Positions 49,990 to 62,400 of a DNA stretch of 64,000 nt are shown piece by piece. The DNA comes from Dimorphilus gyrociliatus (taxonomy: Eukaryota; Animalia; Annelida): contig CAJFCJ010000016.1 of NCBI GenBank assembly GCA_904063045.1, positions 806,001-870,000 of the forward strand, read 5' to 3'. Position numbers and translations under genes: made by a program. Positions within the stretch are counted from its first letter, which is position 1. The number at the start of each line of letters is the position of its first letter. The notes beneath the pieces are model-generated. The model did no database searches and had not been told where the DNA came from. It worked only from the letters and a program-made list of their open reading frames with translations.

Positions 49990-52900
49990 TCAAAACATAC
50001 TTATTTCCGGTAATGACGCCATTGAGTGGGCGTATGGTCGTCCTTCTCCAACCACTCCACTTCCAGCGCTAATCACAGACATAGTCCTTCTAGACATTAC
50101 TGCCTCTCTTGTGTTCTTATGAGGTCTAAATATGCATATATATACTTTTGGAGCAAATATACACGATACAGCAATCAATGCATTGACCGTAACTGATAGT
50201 GAAATAGCTATAGGCCTTATTGTATAGAATACAAAGAAAGTTGGGAGGAATGCTACCCAAATTACCCATGTAGAATAGGACGTAAAAGCTATGAATTTCG
50301 TTTCATTGAATCCATCAGGAGTTTTTCGTGTTCTGATTGCGTAATAAGTACAAGCAAGCATTAGAAGTAGAGGATATATTAGCGGTACCAAGAAGCTAGT
50401 ATTCGCTAATCCTTTGCAAATTAAAATATTACTATCCCGTGACGGATAAACAAAAGTTGAAGTTGGCTGTAGAGCAACTAACCACGAGATGAGAACGAAT
50501 ACTTCTATAGAAAGCAGGCATAGAACTATGAACATTTGAGACTTTGGACTCGTTAACTTTGTCTTTTTAGTGACTTGTTTCGGCTCAGTTGGAAATAGCC
50601 TGTAGACTCGATTCGTCTTTGTGAGTATAGGAGCGTAGAGAGCAGCATAACAAAATCCGACTAGAAATCTGCTCGCTCCACACGTTCCTCTACTAGGTTT
50701 CGCTAAAAAGATAAAAGAAGATATGCAACAAAAGGCGCAAGCTCCGAGAAGAAGTGCGCTTAATTCTCTGGAAGACGCCTTTATAACCGGTGTATCTCTG
50801 AATCTGAACATGACTATTCCAACTAGTATAATTATTAATAGACCAATCGACGATACAACCAAACTTGCTATTGCAACCGGATGAGTATAATCAATGTATT
50901 GAGGTTCCATTGCAATGCAAGACTTTTGTTCATCGTCTGGTTTGGTTCCATTTGGGCAGTCTACACAAGATTCTTGAAATCCAATCGAAAAAACCCTACT
51001 CCACACCGGGCATTTAATGCAACTCCAGCAACAAGCCAATCCAATTCCACCACTAAATTTTCTAATTTCACCAACACCGCAATCCTCCGAACATATTGAT
51101 GAATTATAAAGGGTTGGGATATCTTCATCCACTTGTAGGAAAGTTTGATTTGTATATTCGCCTTCAACTTGAGTATATACACCGACTTTATGCCAACTAT
51201 CGTCAACCGTATACCTATGTTGCAGAGGAATTAGATATAAATCATAATATATATATATATATATATATCTAAATATAAAAGAAAAGTCATAGAATAATAT
51301 TTAAAGTTGACGACGGTCTTTTCTTTTCTTTCTTTTATCTTTTATCAGAAACGGTAATAATACTTTTTGATGTTTCTGTGGCAAACACTTGATATTGAGT
51401 TGAATTAATTTTTTCGCAGTTGTTAAGTAATAACGGTAATAAGATAAAGAAAAGGATAAAAGAGATAGGTGCAAAATGTTATAGAAATAACGTCCAATAA
51501 ATTATATGTACCTATAAATTATTATTTTATGTGTCCTGCTAAAAGAACCTATTTCTTCAACTCTAATCGGATAAGATAACTAGACACGTGTTGACCGAAT
51601 GCTCAAGTTTTGTTTTGACCCAATTACCTTAGAACTGAATATCTTGGTGGTCCATCAATACCGCCTTGAAAATAGAATGGAACGCCGGATATACCAGTAA
51701 ACGTTGAATTTCTTATATATTTGATCAGCGTTGATCCAGAAATATTCCCAGGTCTCAATTCGCTGCAAAATTCATTTGTAGATCCGCAAATATCCTTATA
51801 CATTCTAGAAAGAGAGTCGACAAATACTTGAACAGCATCGTATACGTAATGTAGAGATGGTATTTGTTCATAACCATTTTCTGGTCCAATAATAGCATTC
51901 TCATCGCAGTAGTTGTCGCTGTTTCTATTTTCGTCGTTAAATGAACAATTAAAGTGATATTCCCAATATTGTTTGAACCATGGATTCCTCGTATTGTTGA
52001 ATGGTTTCAAGCTGGAAAGGTAAAGCAATATTTAAAAAACCAGCAATTTATTTAAACAATAAGAGAGATTTTGATAAACCTTTGAAAGTATTCGTCAAAG
52101 TTAGGTATTCTAAAGGCGTATGGTTGAATTGCTAAAGCGTTATTGACAATTTCTTTATGTTTCTTTACAACCGACATCCTTCCTGCCCAACCGTCGACTC
52201 CTAGCCAATAAATTGTTTTATTTAAACCAACTTGATCGGCTGCCTCGAATAGATAATCCGCATTTGTATAATCTAAATAAACTATTACAGCTTTTGCCTT
52301 ATTTTTATTATCGGTAAGGGCTGAAATAATGGCTTTATACTGTCTTAGTCCAGGCTGGTTGACTCTGACTTGAAGAACTTTTTCAAAGCAAACATCGTAT
52401 AATGCAGCTATACCGCTTAGCTCGTAAAATCCCCTTGTACCGTAGTTCGAATTCTCGTATACAATCGATACAAACGTCCATTTCATTTTCCTTAACAAAC
52501 TCAAAATTGCGTTCACTTGAATGCTATCGGAAGGTACTGTTCTCGCTAAATATGGAAATCTAACTACGTTACTAATATCTGACGAAGTTGATTGAGGAGA
52601 TATTTGTGGAATGTTAAACACTCTGAACATATTGGCAAGGGCCATTGTTACTCCCGATGAAGATGCTCCAACAACTCCGATCATTCTTTGCAGGGCTTTC
52701 ATATCCGATTTAAGTATTGGTTTTGTATCATTGCTGTATAATTTTTAACAATAAAAATTGAATTATTCAATAAAATAGCTATTTAAATTGAATAATAAAA
52801 ATATAGTTAAAGTAATAACAATAAGAATTCATGAATATTCATTAAGTGCTTATAAATTTGAATATACAGTATATATTGTATGTAATGAAATTGCGAAACA

Positions 52901-53360
52901 TAAGTGTTTTTGTAATAATTCCTTTTTTTCTTTGACCTATTTCTGGTGTGAATAGAATAGAAAGAGGAGAGTGCTCAAGTACTTACTGGCAGACGTACGG
53001 TATTGAATCTGAAGTATCATCTTTTGTCATAAGAATACGTATAACGTTCATTCCTTGTTCTAGAGCATGAGCGTCAGAACTACAACTATCGAATGCTATT
53101 CCTCCTAAACTAAATTTAGGCAATCCTGGTAGTTCTTTTCTATTAATTTCATCTAGAGTAAAATGGAAGGCTTCGAGCATTTGTATACCATCTTCTTCGG
53201 CTACTGCGCCGCATAGTTGTCGACCGTATAGGCCACTTTCGTGAACCGGAAAGAAGGCTATCAGGAGAATGTCTCCAGTATAATTGGCAAAGTTTGAACA
53301 CTTTACAGGAACTTGAAACAATAATATAAAAAAAATGAACTTCACAAAGAGCATATTCAT
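49990..53360 (-). CDS. Metabotropic-glutamate-receptor-like class C GPCR, about 878 aa. Exons 52987-53360, 52080-52733, 51628-52011, 49990-51214
   Basis: Signal peptide; Venus flytrap (GDILLIAFFPVH, FDSCS, GVVGASSS, RTVPSD, GVDGW, RNPWFKQYWE); 9-Cys domain (SICSEDC..CCWSC); 7TM (TPVIKASSRELS, ILTKTNRVYR, KTPDGFNETKFIAFT, FAPKVYICIFRP). Confidence 0.95.
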
Positions 53361-53783
53361 GTTACCGAAGTCATGTTTACTGTTGTTTATAACTGTTCAA
53401 AGAACGATTCGTAAATGATAATGGATTTACTCGATAATATCTAAAAATCGATATAAAATGTGTCATTTTTAAGTAACAGATAAGATAAGGAATGATTTAA
53501 ATAATAGAAAAGGTCTAGCCTTATTTATTTTTCATACTAAAAATTCCGTTTAATAGACAGACACAAGTATTACAAAGACATTATGTATTTGTAAATGTAA
53601 ATTCTTGAAGTTTCCATTCGATTATCACCGATTTTAAATCGGAAAACAAAGAAAACTAATGAATTGGACAACGTCTATAGATTATATAAGAAAACCTTTC
53701 ATTTATTTTAATAAAAGGAGAAAGGAAGAGGAAGGAAAGCAAGAAAGTTTTCTTAAAGCTATTAAACATAAATCTTGAATTAT

Positions 53784-54110
53784 TTATCCGTATTTTGTGC
53801 TATTTAATACAGAATGCATTGTAGGACGAAGTACTATCAGTCTATTCCAGTGTTGTCTAATTTCTTCTTTATAGGAAATGGCTTGACGGTTATGTTGCTG
53901 TTTACAGCATCGAAATGGTATTGTATCCGCTGATATCCTTATTGAAGGCAATATTGCTGTAGATTCCAGTTTTTTACATACTTTAGTAGGCACCTTGCAA
54001 TCGTATGTTGTAAAAGAAGAATTTCTATATTGTATTCGAGGAAATCTCGAAGAAGTTGATTGTTGTACAGGATCTAAAGTTAGATTGACGAGATTTACAG
54101 CAGTTTTCAT
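53784..54110 (-). CDS. Unassigned 108-aa ORF upstream of the GPCR (small gene or uORF)
   Basis: ATG-initiated, coding-like GC and third-position bias; acceptor-like AACAG about 18 nt upstream; AATAAA about 80 nt downstream. No homology recognised, and the antisense frame is also open. Confidence 0.3.
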   Translation of the reverse strand: MKTAVNLVNLTLDPVQQSTSSRFPRIQYRNSSFTTYDCKVPTKVCKKLESTAILPSIRISADTIPFRCCKQQHNRQAISYKEEIRQHWNRLIVLRPTMHSVLNSTKYG

Positions 54111-56614
54111 TGCAGTTTGGCTGCTGTTTTTTTTTTGGTATATAATAAAATCAATAAAACTTCCGAAATCGTTTAATTTTAATTGTAATTGATTTTTTTA
54201 CCATTGATTTAAAATTAATCGGCGTTTACTTTGAACTTTAGACATTTCGCTTTAAGCTCAAATTAGGCCAAATGAGAATGTTGAGTCAGTATCCTCTATT
54301 TCGAACGAATAAGAAAACAAACTTGTACTTGAAGATAAAGAAACTTGAATAATTAATAAAAAGATATCATTCTTATGTTATGGAATATTCTCTTCCTTTA
54401 AAAACTAAACAACTAACTTGCTATTTGCCGATCAAAAGTCTTCTACGAGGAATAATGAATCACTAACCCTGACCCAGCCCACTTCGTCTCTAGATCTAAC
54501 AACAAATAGATATTAGTATCGATCTCGTATCGATTCAAACTGAATTAGCTAATGATAAAACATAAAAAAAATGAAATTACTTTTTCAACATTTTCTCGAA
54601 TGTAACGCCATCTATTGGACGCTCTCTTTCTCTCTGTCCCTTCCTCCTCTCCCGGCTGGAATGTAAGGGAGGAGAGAAGGAAAGAGAGAGTGAGAGAGAG
54701 AGTAAATTTTGGAAGTAGATTGAGAAAGAAAAATATACCTGTTTTTAGATGAATTTCAAGGATTGAAACCGATTAAACTTTTAATGGAAAAGGTAGAAAA
54801 ACTTGAATAAACAAAAGTCGATTAATAGACATAAATGAATACCTGAAAAATTGATGTTCATTTACTTAAAGGAATGTTTTTTTGATAAAAAGGCCAACAT
54901 GTGGTAAATTGTTATCAAAACTTTTTCAGGTGAAAAAATTCTCTCTTTCTCTCTCCACCTTGATCTTTGTGTATATATGTGTGTGTGTATGTGTATTTGT
55001 CTGTTTGTGCGTCTTTCCTTAGTCTCTTTTATTTATTTCTCTATCTCTATCACTTTTCTTTCCTCTTTCTCTCTCTCTGTCTCCCTCTCTGTCTTTTTTT
55101 AAGCCTACAAAATGAAGCGACGTAATTCAACCTAATTACAAGCCGTTTGTCATCATTTACCCTAGTTTGCTGAATGTTTTTGACAGTTATTTCGATTGAC
55201 GTTGCTTTCATTTTTTTTATATTCCAATTTTAAAAAAAAAAGAAAGAATATAAAGAAAACAGTAGCGATTATTTTTTTATCGTAACTTTCAAACTCTACG
55301 TTGCAGAGGTCACAGAATGTTAAAACTGGTAGTAATTTGCCGCATAGCTTCCGCATAATTATCCAAGCTGTTAATAATTATTTAAATAAGTTAAATATCG
55401 ATAAATTAAATGAGAATATTAAAAGTATATATAAATTGTGTAAATTACCTTAATAATAACATTAGATGATGGCCTTTTTTTAAATTTAATTGTTACTTTT
55501 CTCTTGTTTGGGAATGCGTTAATGGCCAATCCGGATATTGTAAATATTTGCCTACAGTTGCTTGTAGCTGTTTGCAATTTGATACTCTGTTTCCTAAGAT
55601 CCTCTTGCAAATACCAAGCATCCGTTGCAAGAAATCAAATGATTTATTTAATAGTAAATAGCTTTACTAATTTCTTTACCAAAAGCCTTTTAGCTATTAG
55701 AAAACTTTATTAACGTAAGTTATTTAACTTTACTCTCTGTCTCTCTCTCTCTCTCTCTCTCTTCTTTTTCTTTTATTCCATTCCTCCTTCCTTCCCTATT
55801 TCCCTATTATCACTATTCTATTTGTTATATACGTATGGATGGATGGATGGATGGAGAGATATATTCTAGGATTTTTTTTTATCTACGTTTTCCGAGAATA
55901 CACTATATCGACTAGTAATAGAGATGACGCTGAAGGCGTTGGGCGTCTATTCGAAAATATTCAACCGACTTATTTTTTATACGATAGAAGAAGAAAGAAA
56001 GATTCTATTAGATTAGTGTTTTTTTTTCTTTCAAATCGATTATTTTGAAAGAGAGATTTTGTATATATTGCTTGTGACGTCACATAAAAAAATTTTTTTT
56101 TCTTTACCAAGCTTGGTTAAGATTAGCTGTGGTAATTGTTTTGATTAGAATCTGTCTATAGCACATTTGTTTTAGTAGCTGTTGGCGTCCGATAGTTACT
56201 TTACTTTTCTTATAGAAAACATCTTTAAGAGTAGAGAATAGAAATCTTTAATTTATTTATTGTTTACTAAACAATTAACTAGCTAATTTCAAAAAATTTA
56301 TTATTTCTAGTATGTTTAATTAACTAATTAACTAATTTACTTAATTAATTAGCAATTAATTTGCATAAAAAAGGTTGTTATTCAATATTGCGTATACTAC
56401 ACAGTACGTAAAATATCTTATCTATTATCTCATTCTTCCTTTATTATATTTGTATATACAGTATATATCTATATCTATGTCTATATATCTAAATAGTGAC
56501 TTGAGTTAATTCTATCTTTAATGTTTTAATATTGGACGAATATAGGATGATATTTGAAAAAGGTTAGTCCTCTTTTCCATTTCTCTTCTTTCTTCATCTT
56601 CTTCTTCTTCATCA

Positions 56615-56661
<47 letters not shown>

Positions 56662-56810
56662 GCTCCTTCTCATCTTCAGTTTCTTTCTTAGGGAATGTGA
56701 AAGTATGGGTTTATTTCATGTTTGAAAAAAGTAATCCTTCTCAAGTACCGCAATTATATATAATCTTTCAATTTTCCACTCGTAGTTTGTCAATATTACA
56801 GTCACTTTCA

Positions 56811-57020
56811 ATGACAATGCAATACGATGTCAACATTTTTGTTACGCTCCTATCTTTGTTATTAATTATTGTTATCTCTCTTTGTTTTATACTGTCGATA
56901 AGGAATCGCTGTGTACGTTGTAAAGAGGCTCTTTGTTTAAGATACGATAATGATAAAGTGAAAGAGGAGGCGGAGGATGACGGAAAAAAAAAAGAGGAGG
57001 AGGAGGAGGAGGCGGTTTGA
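56811..57020 (+). CDS. Single-pass membrane microprotein A, 69 aa (MTMQYDVNIFVTLLSLLLIIVISLCFILSIRNRCVRCKEALCLRY..EEEEEEAV)
   Basis: ATG 10 nt after acceptor TTACAG; about 21-aa hydrophobic helix followed by basic and Cys residues; acidic tail. Confidence 0.55.
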   Translation: MTMQYDVNIFVTLLSLLLIIVISLCFILSIRNRCVRCKEALCLRYDNDKVKEEAEDDGKKKEEEEEEAV

Positions 57021-57046
57021 TAGTAGATACGATTGAACCTCAAATT

Positions 57047-57262
57047 ATGACAAGCCGTGCAGCTATCGTATCCGTTTGGTCTTTCATTATAGTTTTACTT
57101 GTATTTCTCACCCTCTTCTTCTGGACTTTACTGAAGAATTCTAGGATTAAAAAAGGATTATCTCAAGATTACGATAATTCGATACCGAAACCACCCAATT
57201 ACGAGGATATATGCGATAAACCACCGCCCTACGAGCCTGTTATCAACGTGACTTGTTTATAA
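57047..57262 (+). CDS. Single-pass membrane microprotein B, 71 aa, with two PY motifs and a PDZ-type C-terminus
   Basis: MTSRAAIVSVWSFIIVLLVFLTLFFWTLLKNSRIKK..KPPNYEDICDKPPPYEPVINVTCL; TM helix with positive-inside flank, PPNY, PPPY and T-x-L end. Confidence 0.7.
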   Translation: MTSRAAIVSVWSFIIVLLVFLTLFFWTLLKNSRIKKGLSQDYDNSIPKPPNYEDICDKPPPYEPVINVTCL

Positions 57263-57964
57263 ACATGAAAAAATAGGATGCTCAGGGATAATATTCACCA
57301 ATATCCTCTTCGGATTGACGGAATTCGGATAATGATGCTAAAATGCACTAATAAACAATTTCTCAACGTGCAAAATAGGCCTCTAAGAATTTAGTTTTTT
57401 TTTTGCAGTGTATTCACCTATGCTATTATTAAAATGGCGTGATGTAATAAATCATCCCTTAATTGAATTTTGCATAAAAATTCACCTTCTTTTTTAACTT
57501 GCGTCTGACTTATTTATGTAAAATAAATGTGAAATAAAGTCCCTTTTTCTCCTTTCTCTTCGTCTTCCACTTCTTTTCCATTCTTATATCACTTAGTATA
57601 AATCTTTCTTTGTTGGTATTCTCTTTCTCTCTCTCTCCCTCTCTTCCAGTTTCCCTTTTTAATCATTGTAAAAAATTCTATCCACCGGGTCATTCAACAT
57701 TGTCAAAAATTATTGAGAAGGCCTTGAAATATCGGACAGATGGCTCTGATAGTTAGGATTAACGACTTATTGTACTGTCTATTCCCCTATATTTTTTGTT
57801 TGTTAATTTTGTTTGCATTAGTCGTAGACATTTATTCTTTTGCAGTAAAAATTCCTAACTGTAAAAATAACTAAAATATTCCTTATTTCGTTTTCTATCC
57901 AATAATTGAATTATTACGACTAGTCATTTTATTTTTCTCCTTCTATATTCTTTTATTTGTTTAT

Positions 57965-58003
<39 letters not shown>

Positions 58004-58283
58004 TTCGGTTTTATGTATTCGTTTTGTCAATGACTCGTCTTTAAATGTATACAGATACAAGCAGACACGCACAGACAGACACATAGATATTTATATAAAT
58101 ATATAAGTATATTCATATATATGCCATGGGAAAAATGAAAAAAAAGTTGGATTTGTAATATTTAATACCCTGTTCTATATTAATAGAAATGAATGAATAG
58201 ATGAATACAATAATGATAATTAAAAGAAAAGCAAAAAGAGAAGGAGGTTAAAATAGCAACTAATCTTTTTACATTCTAGTATA

Positions 58284-58325
<42 letters not shown>

Positions 58326-58937
58326 ATACTGCTATATACAGTATTTATACACAGAAAAGGTACTCAATATTATGTACAAACAGCAAACTATAAAGAGCGC
58401 TTTTTGTTAATGATTAAAGTGCTTTATTTCTACTTTGTGGACTTACAGAAAAATAGATATGATTATTTATTTAAATAACTACATGCTTAAATTCTGTATA
58501 TATATATATATATATACATATATATTTATATGTGTGTAGAATAAGATTGCATAAAATTAATTAATACTCTCTCTCTCTCTCTTCCCCTCTGTATGTACGT
58601 CTGTCTTCATCACTGTCCAAGAATAATTTCTTCTCTCCAGCACACACACGTAGACTTATTAAAATGTATACATCTACTTAAAAACAATACCTATACATAT
58701 CACATAATGATGTATTCTATCTACAAATTAGGTTTAAACCATCGTAACCTTACTCTAAAATTGGCCTTGTTTCTAATTATATTTTTATTTAAACAATATT
58801 TTCATCCTCTCTGTTTACATGGGCTAATCAAGCGCGTTCTCCTTTAATTAGGTAGGACCCGTACAAAGTGTCCGCTAGGTGACGTTCTAGTAAATTCTTC
58901 TTTTCAAATTCGAGGCGTTCGCTGGTTGGACTAGAGG

Positions 58938-59388
58938 ATGTTGGTAATATGTGCGCTTTTTCTGTGCACAAGTAAGTACGATATAAGGATTATAAATATT
59001 AATTGCAATGATAGATAGCTTTAAGTAGAACGTCAAGTGTGTAAAAAGCGTCGCTTCTCAATTTACCGCCAACGTTACAGTTTGAATAGGCGAAAAACAA
59101 ATAGAGATAAAAGCGTCCCCTCTTCCTAAGAGTTTGTCAGACTAGATAATAAAGAGTATATGCTAAAAAGTTGTTTTTCGTTACGTTTATTTTCGAATAG
59201 ACTACTGAGAAACAAGAAATTTTTCTTCTCTTCCTTTCTTTCCTTAAAATGCTTTGCAGTTGAAAAGTTGAAAAACAAGAGCATCCTAACTAAACGAGAT
59301 AAAAAAAATTTGTATCTTTTTGTAACTTTTCTTTTTATTTAACCTCAAAAAAAAGAGAGTAGTTATAGAAGAAGTCTAAGAAGAAGTC

Positions 59389-59419
<31 letters not shown>

Positions 59420-62400
59420 AAGAAGAAAGAGAAAGAGAAGTAGAACAAGAACAAGAACAAGAGGAATTGTAATAAAAAATGAAGAATCTGTAATAGAAGA
59501 AAAACAAAATAATAATCAACTGTTAGACTTCTTCTTCTTCTTCTTTCTTTTTTTATACCAGTTTCCCTTTTTGTATTAATTAAGGTTTTTATTCAATTAA
59601 GAAGAAAATGACATTTTTCCTGTTAAAAAGTATAAAAACCTTTGCTAAACATTTTCTATTAGCTCTTAACATGTATTAAAAGGCTTTTTTTTGGACGGGT
59701 GCGGACCGGTTTGAGGTTCGAATGGATTTTACAGTTTTCGATCGAACTTCAACACCTCATGCATAGAAAGTCATATAGGCCTGTTTAAAACCTTTTAGTT
59801 ATAAATACTTTTCCGATCGAGACAGCTTGTTTTTGCTAACAGCCAAACCTAAAAGCTTCAAAAATACAATTTTATAAGAAAATATTAATATTTATAAAAT
59901 AAAATCAAAAGATAAAGAGATAGGATTATAGATTGAAAAAAGAGTACAAATTTTTTTTCACTGTGCTCTCTCTCTCTCTCTCTCTCTCTCTCGCTCTCAC
60001 TTTCCCTCTGTGAGTGTCTATGTGTGTGTGTGTGTGTCTGTCTCTCTCTCTTTCCCTCCCTTCGTCCCTCTTTCAATTTTCCACCCCTTGTCGCTCTCTT
60101 ACACGCTCCCTCTCTCTTTCTTTCGCTTTACTGTTCAATTATATATCTATCTGTCTGTCTTATTTTCCACACACACACACACATATACACTCACACACTC
60201 TCTCTCCTTTCACTAATTCAACTAATAATCTTTTTTATGTTCTTTTCTCTCAATTCTTTTTAGTTTTTTTTTATACACTACAAGTTTTTTCTACGTACAT
60301 AGGTGTTTGCATTGATTAATCGTGTGCCCGGAGGCAAATTCTACAACTTTAGTGCAAGATAATATTGTGTTTCGTCTAGCTTTCTATGTAAACTAGCTAA
60401 CGAGTACAACCTTAATTAACGATTGAGTTCTAATCAAATTCTAAGCTATCACTTTGTTACTTTACTTTCTATCCAACAGAAAATGGCTAATTGTTGAATA
60501 AGAAAGAACATCTTTAATTGAATTTCCATTTTTTTTTTGAACAATGTAAAAGTACCTTTTTCATCTATTCATTTCCCTTTCGTACTCCTCTTCCCGTCAC
60601 ACCTCTCTCGATCCCCTCTGCAAATGAAAATAGGTTGTGCCTCTTTTCTATGTATTTTTGAAATTCCCCGAGTTATCCTCATTGATCCTTTATCAACTTA
60701 AATCTTTTTCCTCTTCCACGTTCTATTCATTTTGCTTTTTTCATCTTTTTAATAGACTAACTAAAATAGGGGAAAAAATAAGACTAAAGGTAAAGTTTAT
60801 TACGTTTAAAGCTCTATATTAATTAGACTTTGTATAGTAAAAGAAAAACTGGTATTAAAAAATGAAGGGGAAAAAAAGTAGTCTCTTGTCGTTCCTTATC
60901 AATAAGTTTGCATATAAGTACTTTAAAGCGTTTTGCCCGCACTAATCCACTTTATTTCGACTGGAAGAATCTACATCAGATTACATAATGTTTCTCCATA
61001 GCTATAACTATTAAATATATGATGACAATAACTATGAGGAAGCTAATTTTTAGTTTTGTTACGCCTCAAGAGATTAATGTCTCTCTGCAAATGAATGAGT
61101 AAAGAAAGTAGCTTTTTTATGTAACCATTTTAGATAGAAGAGACGAAAAGGAAGTTTATTTGTTATTCCATAATACTTGTCTATAAGTATATACAATATT
61201 CTAGTATCTAGTTAATTAACACAACTATTTCTGTCCTAAATCAGTGAGGGGTACATGTATTTCTGTAATTAGTACCTTTTCCCCTTCCTTCCTTTCCTTT
61301 CCTCTGACAAAGACGGAGGAAGGATAGAAGAGATAAACTTTATCATCTTTTTCGTTAAAATTTACATTTCTCTTAATTTTTTTCGTGAGCCTAAATAAAT
61401 GAATGAAATTGAGGAAAAATATCGCCAACAGATGTTTCTTTAAAAAAAAAATACCGAATTTCCACTTTGCGAGCTTCCGATAATTTGTCGTCGATCGGCC
61501 GTTTATGGAAATCGTATGTAAATGAGGCTATCGATTTGGGGAGACCGAGTTTTGTATAATTTATCAAAGACGCCGCTTATCTAGGCAACGCTCTAGTTTA
61601 ATTGACAACCGTTGCAGATTCGATACTCATGCAAGAAACTGGAAAGATTTGTTTTTTTGATTCTTTGGCGAAAATAGATATAACTAACACGGAAAAGGCC
61701 TAAACATACGTGTCTCAATTGATAATTCGTTTTCCTTTAAATGTAAATATTGCCAAAGGGGAAAGAAATAGGGATAGGAGTAGGAGGAAGGAGAGGCAAA
61801 AAGAACAAAGATGAGTAGTATTAGTAATACTAGCAATAGTATCAATAGTAGGTAGTAGTAGTAGTAGTACTAGTAGTAGTCGTTGTTGTAGAATCAGTAG
61901 ACAAACGATATTACAAGGAAGAGGAGAAAGTATCAAGGTGATAAAAAAGAGATAGAAAAGAAAGAATGAAAAAAAAAAAACATACGAATTTTCTTGATTT
62001 ACTAAAATGGTTTATAAAGAATAATTGTTGCACAGTTAAAGAAGTTGTAAAAAGGCGCCAATTTCTTGTTTTTTATTCCCTAAGTAATTCTTTCAATTTG
62101 GACAACGTTCATACTATTCTAAAGTTTGTAAAGGGTTTTTACTTGTTATAGAAACCGTCGGTGTTTTTTTTTTAGGGAAAACATTCTGTTTGGGTTAAAT
62201 AACCTACGTAGAAGATGTCTAGTAATTGATTTCTTAGTCGATAACATGTGTATTCGGTCTTTTTGAAACTTATTAGAAACTTATTGATTTCTTTATTTCG
62301 TAGTTGTTTATCAAAGGAGTAAAAAACACAAAAAAAGAGAAAGTAATTAAAAGTTTAGCTTAATGAATAAAGAAAAGGAAAATGTCGGGGATAATGAATA

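Noticed and set aside
55162-55610. Two minus-strand ORFs joined as a two-exon gene
   Set aside because: The donor at 55448 is phase 0 and the only nearby acceptor then gives an immediate stop.
59714-59724. GGTTCGAAT as a tRNA/SINE B-box
   Set aside because: No A-box, cloverleaf or CC ending; not a tRNA.
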